64,000 bases of DNA, taken from the NCBI GenBank assembly GCA_965248265.1, contig CBDFJF010000002.1, forward strand, positions 128,001 through 192,000, in the 5' to 3' direction. The translations under genes and the position numbers were made by a program. The notes beneath the pieces are model-generated. The model saw only the letters and a program-made list of their open reading frames with translations. It ran no database searches and was not told the DNA's origin. How positions within the stretch are numbered: position 1 is the stretch's first letter; the number at the start of each line of letters is the position of its first letter. This document shows, piece after piece, positions 10,312-19,932 of this stretch. Source of the DNA: Candidatus Latescibacterota bacterium. GTDB lineage: Bacteria; Latescibacterota; UBA2968; UBA8231.

Positions 10312-11223
10312 TCACTTCTTCTTCTTGGCCTTACTCGATCGACCTGGGAAGGTCAGTTCAGCGACGCCGGATTTATCCAGCTCGCCTTTACCGATGTCGA
10401 TCATCTTCTTGAACTGAGCCTTGGAAGCCCGCGCCAGCGGCAGGTTGAGGCCCGCTTCCTGCGCGAGCTTCAAGGCGATTCCCGAATCCTTGGCAGCGTG
10501 CGCGGATGAGAAGTAACACTCGTGGTCCCGCACCACCATGTCCTCGCCATCGGTTTCGAGCACTCGTGAGTTGGCCCCGGTCTGTGAGAACACCTCCATT
10601 AGCACGTTCAGATCCAGGCGCAATGCCTTGCCCAGACCCAAGCCCTCAGCGAGGCCGGCCGTGTTGATGTTCATGACCATGTTGACGAGCGCCTTGACCT
10701 GGGCAGCCTTACCGGTACCGCCGATATAGCGCAGCTTGACGCTCATCGCATCGAGGATCGGCTTGACCTTGTCGAAGACTCGACGTTTGCCACCGCACAT
10801 CAGGTATAACGTGCCGTCGCGCGCCTGGGTGATGCTGCTGGCCATGCAGCCCTCGAGCGTCGCAGCCTTGACCTTGGCGGCGCGCTTCTCGACCTCGACA
10901 TGGGTGGCCGGGCCTATCGTGGCGCAATTGATGAAGGTCTTGCCCTTGGCGCCCTTCAGGAGACTGTCCCCACGCCTGGCGAAGATCGAGAGCATGGCCT
11001 TGTCGTCGGTGACCACGGTGATGATGTAATCGGCCGTTGCCGTCACCTCTGCCAGAGTGGATGCTGCTGTCGCGCCAAGTTCCTTGGCCAGGCCCTTTGC
11101 CAGCGGCTTGTGGGCGTCATAGACGACTTTGACGGGGAAGCCGACATCCTTGAGATGACGTGCAATGTTGGCCCCCATGCGGCCGACTCCGACTACACCG
11201 ATTTTGAAATCCCGCTTTGCCAT
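10312..11223 (-). CDS. Beta-hydroxyacid dehydrogenase (3-hydroxyisobutyrate dehydrogenase family)
   Basis: GVVGVGRMG, GTLYLMCGG, catalytic K in QVKALVN, KDSGIA. Confidence 0.85.
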   Translation of the reverse strand: MAKRDFKIGVVGVGRMGANIARHLKDVGFPVKVVYDAHKPLAKGLAKELGATAASTLAEVTATADYIITVVTDDKAMLSIFARRGDSLLKGAKGKTFINCATIGPATHVEVEKRAAKVKAATLEGCMASSITQARDGTLYLMCGGKRRVFDKVKPILDAMSVKLRYIGGTGKAAQVKALVNMVMNINTAGLAEGLGLGKALRLDLNVLMEVFSQTGANSRVLETDGEDMVVRDHECYFSSAHAAKDSGIALKLAQEAGLNLPLARASKAQFKKMIDIGKGELDKSGVAELTFPGRSSKAKKKK

Positions 11224-11240
11224 GATCTCAATCCACCGCC

Positions 11241-11678
11241 TCAGCCCGTGATGGTCGCGTGCAGCTCGGACCAGTCTTCCAGGTTGTTGAGGTTGACGGC
11301 ATCCAGGATAGAGCCATCGTCGGAGATGCCGGCACCTGAGAGGATCTCGCCACGGGTCTCGTCGTCGTGATTGTAACCACGAATCGCGGCGTTCGAGGCC
11401 TCGACTTCACTGGCGGGAATGCTGCCGCCACGCTGATCCAGGACCCACTGCTCGAACTGTGCATAGGTCGGCTTGCTCGACGTGATGAAGTCGACGGCGC
11501 CGTCGCGATCAACTCCCAATCCGTCCAGAACCATCTGGTCAAAACCCTGGCCACACTCGGCGTATCCGTCAGCCAGCTGACCTGAGGCACTGAGCAGCAC
11601 TTTCGACCACAGGCGGGGCAGATGGATCGCACCGAGGGGTCCTGCAACTTCGGAGCTGATCAGGGGAATGAGTGCCAT
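11241..11678 (-). CDS. DUF5069-like small protein
   Basis: PLGAIHLPRLWSK...GFDQMVLD.LG...FEQWV pattern recalled for DUF5069; GGAGG RBS before ATG 11678. Confidence 0.6.
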   Translation of the reverse strand: MALIPLISSEVAGPLGAIHLPRLWSKVLLSASGQLADGYAECGQGFDQMVLDGLGVDRDGAVDFITSSKPTYAQFEQWVLDQRGGSIPASEVEASNAAIRGYNHDDETRGEILSGAGISDDGSILDAVNLNNLEDWSELHATITG

Positions 11679-11893
11679 TTGTAGGTCCTCCTTCATAGTG
11701 TTGAAGCCGACCTCGTGATCGTCAGGGGAGGCTTCAGGTTGAAAGAAACCGGCCATCGTTGGTGATGGCCAGATCAGTGTTCAGGAGGAAAGGACGATAG
11801 GCAATTGATCGGTACCTGGCAAGCAGGGGGCGCGGAGGTGAGCGGAGTGGTACAGGGGGACAGCGGACTGTGCGTAGAATCCTCAGGCGACCC

Positions 11894-12076
11894 CTAGGCA
11901 ACCATGGTCGCGTAACTGGACAATACGATATACCGACAGCCGACTATGGGCAATCCTTGCCGTACGACGAGAAGATGATTCCCTTCATACCCTTCGCGGA
12001 TCTCCTCCACCCTACCGACTATCTCGTCTCGACTACTGGTAAACCTAACCGTATCCCCAGGCTGAAAGCGTTCCAT
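11894..12076 (-). CDS. Small (60 aa) hypothetical beta-rich protein
   Basis: GAGGAG RBS before ATG 12076; MERFQPGDTVRF...IVGRVEEI resembles SH3/KOW-like starts. Confidence 0.55.
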   Translation of the reverse strand: MERFQPGDTVRFTSSRDEIVGRVEEIREGYEGNHLLVVRQGLPIVGCRYIVLSSYATMVA

Positions 12077-12160
12077 GCTGGTACATCTCCTCAGTGGCAC
12101 CGCAAGTGGATGTTACCGAGGATTTAGCAAGGCCTGTGCCTGGCGCTCATGAACGGGCGT

Positions 12161-12197
12161 AAAAAAGGAGGCCGGCACAACCCGCGCGCCAGCCTCC
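12161..12197 (-). terminator. Rho-independent terminator of the coxGSLM operon
   Basis: Minus strand GGAGGCTGGCGC...GTGCCGGCCTCC followed by T6. Confidence 0.8.
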
Positions 12198-12229
12198 GGT
12201 AAACCTGGTTTCAGTTGTTCTGCGATAAT

Positions 12230-13090
12230 CTATGCTGCGGCCACCGCCTCGAGGATGGCTCGCTTCGCGTACACGCGTGCCAATTGCCTGCGATAATCCT
12301 CTCCGGCGAAGGAGTCGCTGAGCATGTCTTGACCCTCAGCGGCCTTGTCTGCCGCCGCTGCTACGGAAGCCTCATCGACACTGCTCCCGCGCAGGGCGTT
12401 TTCGACGCCGTTGTCTCTGAATGCAGCATTGGCGAGGCCGGTGAAACCGATCCGCACGTCGCTGCATTTGCCGCCCTTAACCGTTACCGCTGCTGCACAG
12501 CCGCACACGGCGAACCGCGAGGCCGGGTGGGAAAACTTGAGGTAGCGCGCGCCGGTGTTGGCCTTGGGCGCTGGAATGTTGACGGCGACGATGAGCTCGT
12601 CTTCCTCGAGGCCGGTCATGAACAGATCGACGAAGAAGTCAGCTGCGGCGATGGTGCGTTCGCCTCCAGCACGGCGCACGACCAACTCGGCGTCGACGGC
12701 AAGCAGGGCTGCCGGGTAGTCAGCAGCCGGATCGGCGTGGGCCAGGCTGCCGCCGATGGTGCCGACGTTGCGCACCTGCATGTCGCCGATGGTGGCCGCG
12801 GCCTGGGACAGCAGCGGGGCTCTCTCCTGGATCAGTGCCGAGGACTCGATGCTGTGGTGGGTGGCTCCGGCGCCGACGCTGACGCCACCGGCGTGGTCGC
12901 CGATCTCGCCGAGTTCGGACAAACCGCCGATATCGATGAGCAGCGATGGCGATGAGAGCCGAAGTTTCATCGCTGGCAACAGGCTGTGACCGCCGGCCAG
13001 AATCTGCGCGTCACCGCTGTGTTGTTGCAGCAGGTCGAGGGCCTCATCCAGGGAGCCGGCCCGGCGATAGTCGAATGTTGATGGAATCAT
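12230..13090 (-). CDS. coxM: Molybdo-hydroxylase FAD subunit (CoxM/CutM-like)
   Basis: LAGGHSLLPAMKLR, QVRNVGTIGGSLAHADPAAD. Confidence 0.9.
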   Translation of the reverse strand: MIPSTFDYRRAGSLDEALDLLQQHSGDAQILAGGHSLLPAMKLRLSSPSLLIDIGGLSELGEIGDHAGGVSVGAGATHHSIESSALIQERAPLLSQAAATIGDMQVRNVGTIGGSLAHADPAADYPAALLAVDAELVVRRAGGERTIAAADFFVDLFMTGLEEDELIVAVNIPAPKANTGARYLKFSHPASRFAVCGCAAAVTVKGGKCSDVRIGFTGLANAAFRDNGVENALRGSSVDEASVAAAADKAAEGQDMLSDSFAGEDYRRQLARVYAKRAILEAVAAA

Positions 13091-13110
13091 CTGGAAATCT
13101 CCTGTATAGC

Positions 13111-15483
13111 TCAGTTAGACGCGCTTTGGATAGCCTGCCACACGCGTTGGGGTGTCAGCGGCATCTGCAGATCCCGTACGCCAAGTGACCACAATGCATC
13201 GACAACGGCGTTGACGACGGCCGGGGTCGAACCGATGGTCCCGGTTTCGCCGGCACCCTTCACGCCCAGTGGATTATGTGGGCACGGGGTCACAGTGCGA
13301 TCGGTTTCGAAGGCGGGCAAATCGTCAGCCCGCGGCAATGCGTAATCCATGTAGGATCCGTTGGTAAGCTGGCCATCTTCATCGTAAATGGCTCCCTCCA
13401 TCAGCGCCTGGCCGATGCCGTGGGTGACGCCGCCGTGGACCTGACCGTCGACGATCATCGGATTGACGACGTTGCCGACATCATCGCAGGCAGCGTAACG
13501 GACCAGGGACACCTTTCCGGTTTCGATGTCGACTTCGACAACGGCTATGTGGGCGCCGAAGGGGAAGCAGAAGTTGGCTGGATCGTAGAAACTGGTGAAC
13601 TCCAGACCTGGCTCCAGTCCCTCCGGATAGTTGTGCGGCACATACGCCGTGAGTGCGACATCACCGAAGCCGATCGACTTGTCCGTGCCCTTCACTGTCC
13701 ATTGAGCGTCGGCATACTCGAGATCCTCGGCCGAGGCTTCCAGCAGATGCGCGGCGATCTTGGCACCTTTTTCTTTGATCTTGTCGAGGCTGTTGTTGAT
13801 GGCGACTCCACCAACCGCCAGACTGCGCGAGCCGTAGGTGCCCATGCCGAACGGTACCAGGTCGGTGTCGCCATGGACGATCTCGATATCCTCCATGGGG
13901 ATGCCAAGGCTGTCGGAGACCAGCTGTGAAAAGGTGGTGTCGTGCCCCTGGCCGTGCGAATGGCTGCCGGTGAGCACGGTGACCTTGCCCGTGGGCTGCA
14001 CCCGGACGGCGCCGCTCTCGTAGAGGCCGGCGCGGGCGCCGAGGGATCCGACGACAGCTGAGGGGGCGATGCCGCAGGCTTCGATATAAGTAGACAGCCC
14101 GATACCGATGTAGCGTCCATCCTTGCGCGCGGCTTCTTGTTCCTTGCGCAAGTCATCGTAGCTGACCATCTCCAGGGCCCGGTCGAGGACCGGTTCATAG
14201 TTGCCGCTGTCGTAGACGAGGGCGACTTGAGTCTCGTACCCGGGCTGGTTCACACCGTCGAAAGGCGGGATAAGGTTCCGGCGCCGCAGAGCGGCCGGAT
14301 CTTCATTCATCTCGTGGGCGGCCTGGTCAAACAACCGTTCCAGCATGTAGGTAGCCTCGGGACGTCCGGCTCCGCGCAAGGCGTCGACGGGGACCGTGTT
14401 CGTGAACACGGCCGTGACGTTCACATGGATCGCCGGGGTCGTGTACACACCCTGCAGCAGGGTACCATAGAGGTAGGTCGGCACGCACGGGCCAAACGTC
14501 GACAGGTACGCGCCCATGTTGGCGTGGGTGTCGACCCGCAAGGCCACGACATTGCCGTCCTTGTCGAAGCCCATTTCCGCCTTGGTGGTGTGATCGCGTC
14601 CATGGGCGTCGGTGATGAAGCTCTCGCTGCGTTCGGCGGTCCATTTGACCGGACGGCAAAGCTTCTTCGAGCTCCACATGGTGATGACCTCTTCGGCATA
14701 GTGGAAGATCTTGCTGCCGAAGCCGCCGCCCACATCCGGGGATACCACCCGAACCTTGTGTTCGGGAATGCCCATCACAAACGCGGACATGAGCAATCTG
14801 ATTACGTGGGGGTTCTGTGAGGAAGTGTAGAGGGTATAGTGATCGTCAGCGTCATCGAAATCGCCGATGGCACAACGCGGCTCGATGGCGTTGGGAATCA
14901 ATCGCTGATTGGAGTACTCCAATGTAGTAACGTGATCGGCTGCGGCCATCGCACTGTCTGTCTTTTCCTTGTCCCCCAGCTGCCAGTCGAACGGAATGTT
15001 GTTGGGCACATCTTCGAACAGCTGTGGGGCGCCGTCCACGGTGGCGGCGATGGCGTCGACGACGACATCGAGAACGTCGTAGTTGACCTTCACCAGTTCG
15101 AGGGCGTCCTTCGCTTGCGCCGCGGTTTCGGCGATGACGACGGCGACGGAATCGCCGACGTGGCGGACCTTGCCTACTGCCAGTGGCGGATGCGGCGGCT
15201 CCTTCATGGTGTCGCCGTTCTTGAAGTCGACCTGCCATCCCGCCGGCAGACCACCGACGCCATCGGCCTGCATCTGCTCGCCCGTGAAGACGGCGACGAC
15301 GCCTTCAGCTGCGGCCGCCGCCTTGGTGTCGATGCTCTTGATGTTGGCGTGCGCGTAGGGGCTGCGCACGATCGCGGCAAAGGTCATTTTTGGTAGTACG
15401 ATGTCGTCGGTGTAGCGACCCTTGCCGGTGATGAATTTCTTGTCTTCTACCCGTTTTACCGGTTGTCCCAATACACTGGCCAT
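13111..15483 (-). CDS. coxL: Molybdo-hydroxylase large subunit, form II CoxL-like
   Basis: DVGGGFGSK, active-site ALRGAGRPE (form II-like, not form I AYXCSFR), HGQGH, GTYGSRS, GVKGAGE. Confidence 0.85.
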   Translation of the reverse strand: MASVLGQPVKRVEDKKFITGKGRYTDDIVLPKMTFAAIVRSPYAHANIKSIDTKAAAAAEGVVAVFTGEQMQADGVGGLPAGWQVDFKNGDTMKEPPHPPLAVGKVRHVGDSVAVVIAETAAQAKDALELVKVNYDVLDVVVDAIAATVDGAPQLFEDVPNNIPFDWQLGDKEKTDSAMAAADHVTTLEYSNQRLIPNAIEPRCAIGDFDDADDHYTLYTSSQNPHVIRLLMSAFVMGIPEHKVRVVSPDVGGGFGSKIFHYAEEVITMWSSKKLCRPVKWTAERSESFITDAHGRDHTTKAEMGFDKDGNVVALRVDTHANMGAYLSTFGPCVPTYLYGTLLQGVYTTPAIHVNVTAVFTNTVPVDALRGAGRPEATYMLERLFDQAAHEMNEDPAALRRRNLIPPFDGVNQPGYETQVALVYDSGNYEPVLDRALEMVSYDDLRKEQEAARKDGRYIGIGLSTYIEACGIAPSAVVGSLGARAGLYESGAVRVQPTGKVTVLTGSHSHGQGHDTTFSQLVSDSLGIPMEDIEIVHGDTDLVPFGMGTYGSRSLAVGGVAINNSLDKIKEKGAKIAAHLLEASAEDLEYADAQWTVKGTDKSIGFGDVALTAYVPHNYPEGLEPGLEFTSFYDPANFCFPFGAHIAVVEVDIETGKVSLVRYAACDDVGNVVNPMIVDGQVHGGVTHGIGQALMEGAIYDEDGQLTNGSYMDYALPRADDLPAFETDRTVTPCPHNPLGVKGAGETGTIGSTPAVVNAVVDALWSLGVRDLQMPLTPQRVWQAIQSASN

Positions 15484-15501
15484 TGTTTCGCTCCTCTCCC
15501 T

Positions 15502-15969
15502 CTAGCCCATCTTGGCGGCTGCGTGCTTGACCGATCGCACGATGTTGTCATACCCGGTGCAGCGACAGTAGTTGCCCTCGAGACCATGGCGGATCTCGTC
15601 GTCTGTCGGATCGGGATTGCGCTCGAGCAGCTGCCACGCTGTCATAAGCATGCCGGGCGTGCAGAATCCGCATTGCAGCCCATGTTCCTCACGGAAACCT
15701 TCCTGCAGCGGGTGTAGCTCGCCGTTGGTAGCCAAGCCTTCGACCGTCGTGACTTGGCCGCCGTCGGCTTGTACCGCGAGTACGGTGCAGGCCTTGACGG
15801 CGCGTCCGTTGAGGACGACGGTGCAGGCGCCGCAGTTGCTGGTGTCACAGCCGATGTGGGTGCCAGTCAGGGTCAGCACCTCACGCAGGTACTGCACCAG
15901 CAACATCCTGGGTTCCACTTCGTGCTTGTGGGAATGGCCGTTAACGGTGATTTCGATGGGGATTCCCAT
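15502..15969 (-). CDS. coxS: Molybdo-hydroxylase 2Fe-2S subunit (CoxS-like)
   Basis: [24 protein letters not shown]; start at ATG 15969. Confidence 0.92.
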   Translation of the reverse strand: MGIPIEITVNGHSHKHEVEPRMLLVQYLREVLTLTGTHIGCDTSNCGACTVVLNGRAVKACTVLAVQADGGQVTTVEGLATNGELHPLQEGFREEHGLQCGFCTPGMLMTAWQLLERNPDPTDDEIRHGLEGNYCRCTGYDNIVRSVKHAAAKMG

Positions 15970-16151
15970 GCCTTTCCTCCTGTTCCTGCTTATGAGCCAG
16001 TGGTAAAAGTCCATTTGGGCTGCGGCCGGACCTTGCGACCGACCTCTGCGTTGCACTCGATCGACGAATCTCTGATTCGTCTCACTCGCGCGCCTTGATC
16101 TCGGCCGCAATTGCTCGGCCTCGCCTGCAAAGCGACTCTCACCACGGGCTC

Positions 16152-16586
16152 CTATGTCAGTTCGCGTTCGAGAGCACTAAAAAACTGTTTCGTGAACATG
16201 CGGGCAACACCTGAGATTACTCGTTGACCCATGCGGGCCAGAACACCGTTCATGCGAGCATCGCCCGAAAAATTGACAACCGTGGATCCGTCCTGGCTCT
16301 GAAGATCGAAGCCGCCCTCAGCGGATACCGTGCCGATTTTGCCGTCGACGTTGATCAGCAACGTGTAGCGCTCGGGTGCCACCTTGTCCCTGACCTCGAG
16401 GGTGCCGTCGAAGGCACTCTTGATCGGGCCCATCTTGATATCGAAGATGGCCTGGTACTTGTCTTCCCCCATCGGCTCCAACGAGGTCACGCCTGGCGTG
16501 GCACGGCCCAATACCTGCGGGTCATTCAGGGCCGACCAGACCGTTTCGCGATCAGCCGTGAAGGTGTGTGTGCCTTCTAAATGCAT
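16152..16586 (-). CDS. coxG: CoxG (SRPBCC/START-fold) accessory protein
   Basis: [10 protein letters not shown]...PG, KMGPIK, G.LARMGQR; position upstream of coxS. Confidence 0.85.
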   Translation of the reverse strand: MHLEGTHTFTADRETVWSALNDPQVLGRATPGVTSLEPMGEDKYQAIFDIKMGPIKSAFDGTLEVRDKVAPERYTLLINVDGKIGTVSAEGGFDLQSQDGSTVVNFSGDARMNGVLARMGQRVISGVARMFTKQFFSALERELT

Positions 16587-16646
16587 GGACGAGTACTCGT
16601 GTCTGCAACAAGGTAAATGGCTAAGGACAATTACCTCTGCGAGGGC

Positions 16647-16752
16647 ATCTATATAGATAAATGATCGAGGGCCTGTCAATCGAGTCGTCCAGCACAAGCG
16701 GCTGCCACGAGCGCACGGTAACACTTAATTGTGTTAATTAACAACGTGTTAA
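16647..16752. promoter_or_regulatory. AT-rich palindrome cluster in the coxG/xdhC divergent promoter
   Basis: ATCTATATAGAT (16647-58), TAACAC-N6-GTGTTA (16719-36), TGTTAATTAACA (16732-43), TTAACA-N3-TGTTAA (16738-52). Confidence 0.55.
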
Positions 16753-16849
16753 GGATAGTACGACCAACCTTGAGCGTTGAAGTCGATGCGGACTGCGCAT
16801 ATATTCCGTGATTCTTCCACGCTCAGCTACCTCCTCTGAACAGGCCTTC

Positions 16850-17902
16850 ATGCGAGACATCTGGGACGAGCTGACTACATGGAGTGACAACGGCCGTGCC
16901 TTTGCACTGGCTCGTGTCGTGGAGACCTGGGGCTCCTCTCCACGAGCCGTCGGGTCGGCGATGATCATCTCCGATACCACACAGGTAGCCGGTTCGGTCA
17001 GCGGTGGTTGCATCGAGGGGGCCGTCATTGAGGCCGCTGGACAGGTACTGGCGTCAGGAGAACCACAGCACCTCAACTACGGGGTCGATGACGAAACAGC
17101 CTGGTCGGTCGGGCTGTCCTGCGGGGGCGAGGTTTCCGTGTTCGTGGAAAAGCATGAGGTCGAACCAGTCCCAACCTGGAGTGCCCTGCGCACAGCCATC
17201 GCCAACAACGAGCCGTGTGTTCTGCTCAGTGTGGTCGGCGAATCCGGCAAAGGAAATGAAAGACATCCTCCTCTGCTGGTTAGGGCCGACGGCTCGACTG
17301 TTGGGGAGTGGAACTCGACGTTGGCCGCCGCGGCCGTGGAGAATGGTCTGGCCGCACACGAACAGCGCCAGAGTAGCGTAATCGAAATCGGCGAGGTGCG
17401 TGTCTTCGTCCACTTTATCGCACGACGGGAGCAGGTCCTCATCATCGGCGCCGGTCACATCTGCGTGGCCCTGGTGCAATATGCCAGCTTACTCGATCTG
17501 GACACCGTCGTCATCGAACCGCGTCAGGTGTTTGCCAGACCGGAGCGGTTCCCCGTACCGCCCACACAACTGCTGCCACGTTGGCCCGAACAGGTGCTGG
17601 ACACCTGGGACCTCAACGAAGAGACTTACGCTGTCCTGCTCACGCATGATCCCAAGATCGACGACCAGGCGTTGCACGCGCTGCTGCGCTCTCCGGTCGC
17701 CTACATCGGCGCCCTCGGGAGTCGCCGCACCCATGCCAAGCGCCGCGAACGGCTGCGCGAGGCGGGGTTCACCGATGCTGAGATCGACCGCATAGACGGC
17801 CCCATTGGTCTCGACATCGGTGCCGATACGCCTGCCGAAATCGCCATGAGTATCGCGGCCAAGCTCGTCGCGACTCGCCGGCAATCGCAGGTAACTTCAT
17901 GA
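16850..17902 (+). CDS. xdhC: XdhC/CoxF-family Moco maturation factor
   Basis: WGSSPR, GSVSGGCIE, GLSCGG, LTHDPKID, YIGALGS, PIGLDIG. Confidence 0.9.
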   Translation: MRDIWDELTTWSDNGRAFALARVVETWGSSPRAVGSAMIISDTTQVAGSVSGGCIEGAVIEAAGQVLASGEPQHLNYGVDDETAWSVGLSCGGEVSVFVEKHEVEPVPTWSALRTAIANNEPCVLLSVVGESGKGNERHPPLLVRADGSTVGEWNSTLAAAAVENGLAAHEQRQSSVIEIGEVRVFVHFIARREQVLIIGAGHICVALVQYASLLDLDTVVIEPRQVFARPERFPVPPTQLLPRWPEQVLDTWDLNEETYAVLLTHDPKIDDQALHALLRSPVAYIGALGSRRTHAKRRERLREAGFTDAEIDRIDGPIGLDIGADTPAEIAMSIAAKLVATRRQSQVTS

Positions 17903-18519
17903 CGGTTCCGCCCTCGCCAGAGATCTCCATCGCTGGTATCGTCGTTGCCGCCGGCCTGTCTTCACGGATGGGGGGAAAGAGCAAGTTGCTGCTTCCCTGG
18001 GCGGGAGAAGGCACGATCATCGAAACCACCGTCCAGGTCCTGCTCGCCAGTGTAGTCGATGAAGTGATCGTCGTCATCGGTCACGACCGTAAACGGATTC
18101 TCAGCAAGCTCGAGCATCTGCCAGTGCGGCTCGTAGTCAACGAGAATTTCCAAGCCGGTCTATCGACGTCGATCGTGCGCGGGGTTGAGGAGGCCGGCGC
18201 GACACCAAGGGGATACCTGGTCGCACTTGCGGACATGCCGACGATTGAGACCAACACCGTCGATGTTCTGTGCGGGCAGATTGGGCGGGCCGGCAGCGCG
18301 GCCATCGCCGTGCCGGTCATGGAGAAGCGTCGCGGCCATCCGGTCGTATTCGGGCCGCAACACCGCGAAGGGTTGTTGGCGTTGTCAGGGGACAAGGGCG
18401 CGCGCGGACTGATCGAGGCGAACGAGGACAACGTGCATGAGGTGCCCGTCGAGGACATCGGTATTTTCGCCGATATCGACACCCCCGAAGCCTACGCCGA
18501 GGCTCTGCGCAAGGCCTAG
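17899..18519 (+). CDS. mocA: Molybdenum cofactor cytidylyltransferase (MocA-like)
   Basis: AAGLSSRMG..KLLL, LADMP, GHPVVF, GDKGAR, DIDTP; cluster context. Confidence 0.85.
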   Translation: MTVPPSPEISIAGIVVAAGLSSRMGGKSKLLLPWAGEGTIIETTVQVLLASVVDEVIVVIGHDRKRILSKLEHLPVRLVVNENFQAGLSTSIVRGVEEAGATPRGYLVALADMPTIETNTVDVLCGQIGRAGSAAIAVPVMEKRRGHPVVFGPQHREGLLALSGDKGARGLIEANEDNVHEVPVEDIGIFADIDTPEAYAEALRKA

Positions 18520-18537
18520 TGCCCTGCCGCACCTGTC

Positions 18538-19908
18538 TCAGCCTTTCCGCTCGCGAAAATCCTTGCGCCTCTGCAGTTGGCGCGCGGCCAGATCACGCAG
18601 GTTGGACGCTGTGGTCGGGCGTTCGGGTTGAGTCGCCACGGCCGCGTCCGTGGCCGTTGGTTCAAGCGTGGTCGTGTCAGACTTCATCCATGGCCGCGGA
18701 CCACGCCGGGCACGGGGCATGCTCTTGCTGCCGCGCAGTTGCCCGACGATGCCGGCGAGGGCGCGCAAACTGGCGAGGTTGTGGGCGGGAGCAAACAGGT
18801 CTACATGCGAGAGCGCTGCCAGCATGCCTTTGGTCTCTGGTCGATAGTTCTCGTTTCCCAACAGCGGATTGAGCCAAATCAGACAGCGACAGCGCCCGCG
18901 GATGCCCTCCGTTGCCGAGGCGAGTCGCTCAGCCTCGCCCGTATCCCAACCATCGCTGAGGACGAAGACGACGGTATGTGGATCCAGCAGGCGGTTGCCG
19001 TGCTCTGCCAGAAAATGGTCCAGTGAGGCGCCGATCCTTGTGCCGCCCGACCAGCCCGGGGCGTGCTCGGGAAGGCGGGCCAGCACACCGTCCATATCCT
19101 CCGAACGAAACAGATCCGTGAGACGATACAGGCTGGTGCTGAAGGCGAAGGTCTCGATGCGTCGGTAGGCGCGTTGAAACGCGTAGATGAATTGGATTAG
19201 GAAGCGGCTATAGAGGTCCATGGACCGTGACACGTCACACAGCAGCACCAGCTTGAGGCGTCGCGGCCGCCGCCGTTTGAAACGCAGGTCGATGAGGTCG
19301 CCGCGCTTGCCCAAATTGCGTCGCAAGGTGCGCCTCAAGTCGAGTTGGCCGCCGCGCCGGTTGGAGAGCCGGTAACGCCGGTTGAGGCGCTTGGCCAGGC
19401 GCTTGGCGATCTGGACGACAACCCGGTTGATGTCTTCGAGCTCATCCGCCTGGAAGTGAGCGAAGTCGTGCTGCGCCAGTACTTCTATAGGGCTGAAGCC
19501 GGCCACCTCTTCTTCGTCTTCGGGCTCCTCTCCCTTGAACCAGTCTCTGACGTTGACGAACGAGCCGCTCTGCTGCCTGGGCGTGTCCTCTGAGGGCTCA
19601 ACGGTCTCTTCGGTTTTTTGTTGCTGACGCAGCAGATCGGAGGCCCGATCCCAGACCATCCAATAGTCGTGGAAGAGTTCGTCGAACTGCGCCTGCTCAC
19701 CCGGGCTCTTGGCCAGAGTCGTGCGCAATGCCATATAAAATTGTTCGGGCGAGGAGAGGTCGATCTCTCTCAATGTCTGCAGGGCCAGCGTGGCTTCGCC
19801 CGGACCGATCATCAAGCCTCGCTGGCGAAGAAGCCTGCAGAAGGCGACGGTGTTGGCGCTCAATTCGCCCCGCAGCGCCATCTCCGGACTGGAATCGTTG
19901 CTCGACAC
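18538..19908 (-). CDS. coxE: CoxE VWA-domain protein
   Basis: DLRRTLR, LCDVSRSM (MIDAS), WSGGTRIG, SDGWDTG, WLNPL. Confidence 0.9.
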   Translation of the reverse strand: MSSNDSSPEMALRGELSANTVAFCRLLRQRGLMIGPGEATLALQTLREIDLSSPEQFYMALRTTLAKSPGEQAQFDELFHDYWMVWDRASDLLRQQQKTEETVEPSEDTPRQQSGSFVNVRDWFKGEEPEDEEEVAGFSPIEVLAQHDFAHFQADELEDINRVVVQIAKRLAKRLNRRYRLSNRRGGQLDLRRTLRRNLGKRGDLIDLRFKRRRPRRLKLVLLCDVSRSMDLYSRFLIQFIYAFQRAYRRIETFAFSTSLYRLTDLFRSEDMDGVLARLPEHAPGWSGGTRIGASLDHFLAEHGNRLLDPHTVVFVLSDGWDTGEAERLASATEGIRGRCRCLIWLNPLLGNENYRPETKGMLAALSHVDLFAPAHNLASLRALAGIVGQLRGSKSMPRARRGPRPWMKSDTTTLEPTATDAAVATQPERPTTASNLRDLAARQLQRRKDFRERKG

Positions 19909-19932
19909 GTGTTCGTGGACGGGTTAGGGAAG

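Noticed and set aside
13111-15483. Bona fide form I CO dehydrogenase
   Set aside because: Lacks AYXCSFR and has S-L-M rather than M-S-L order.
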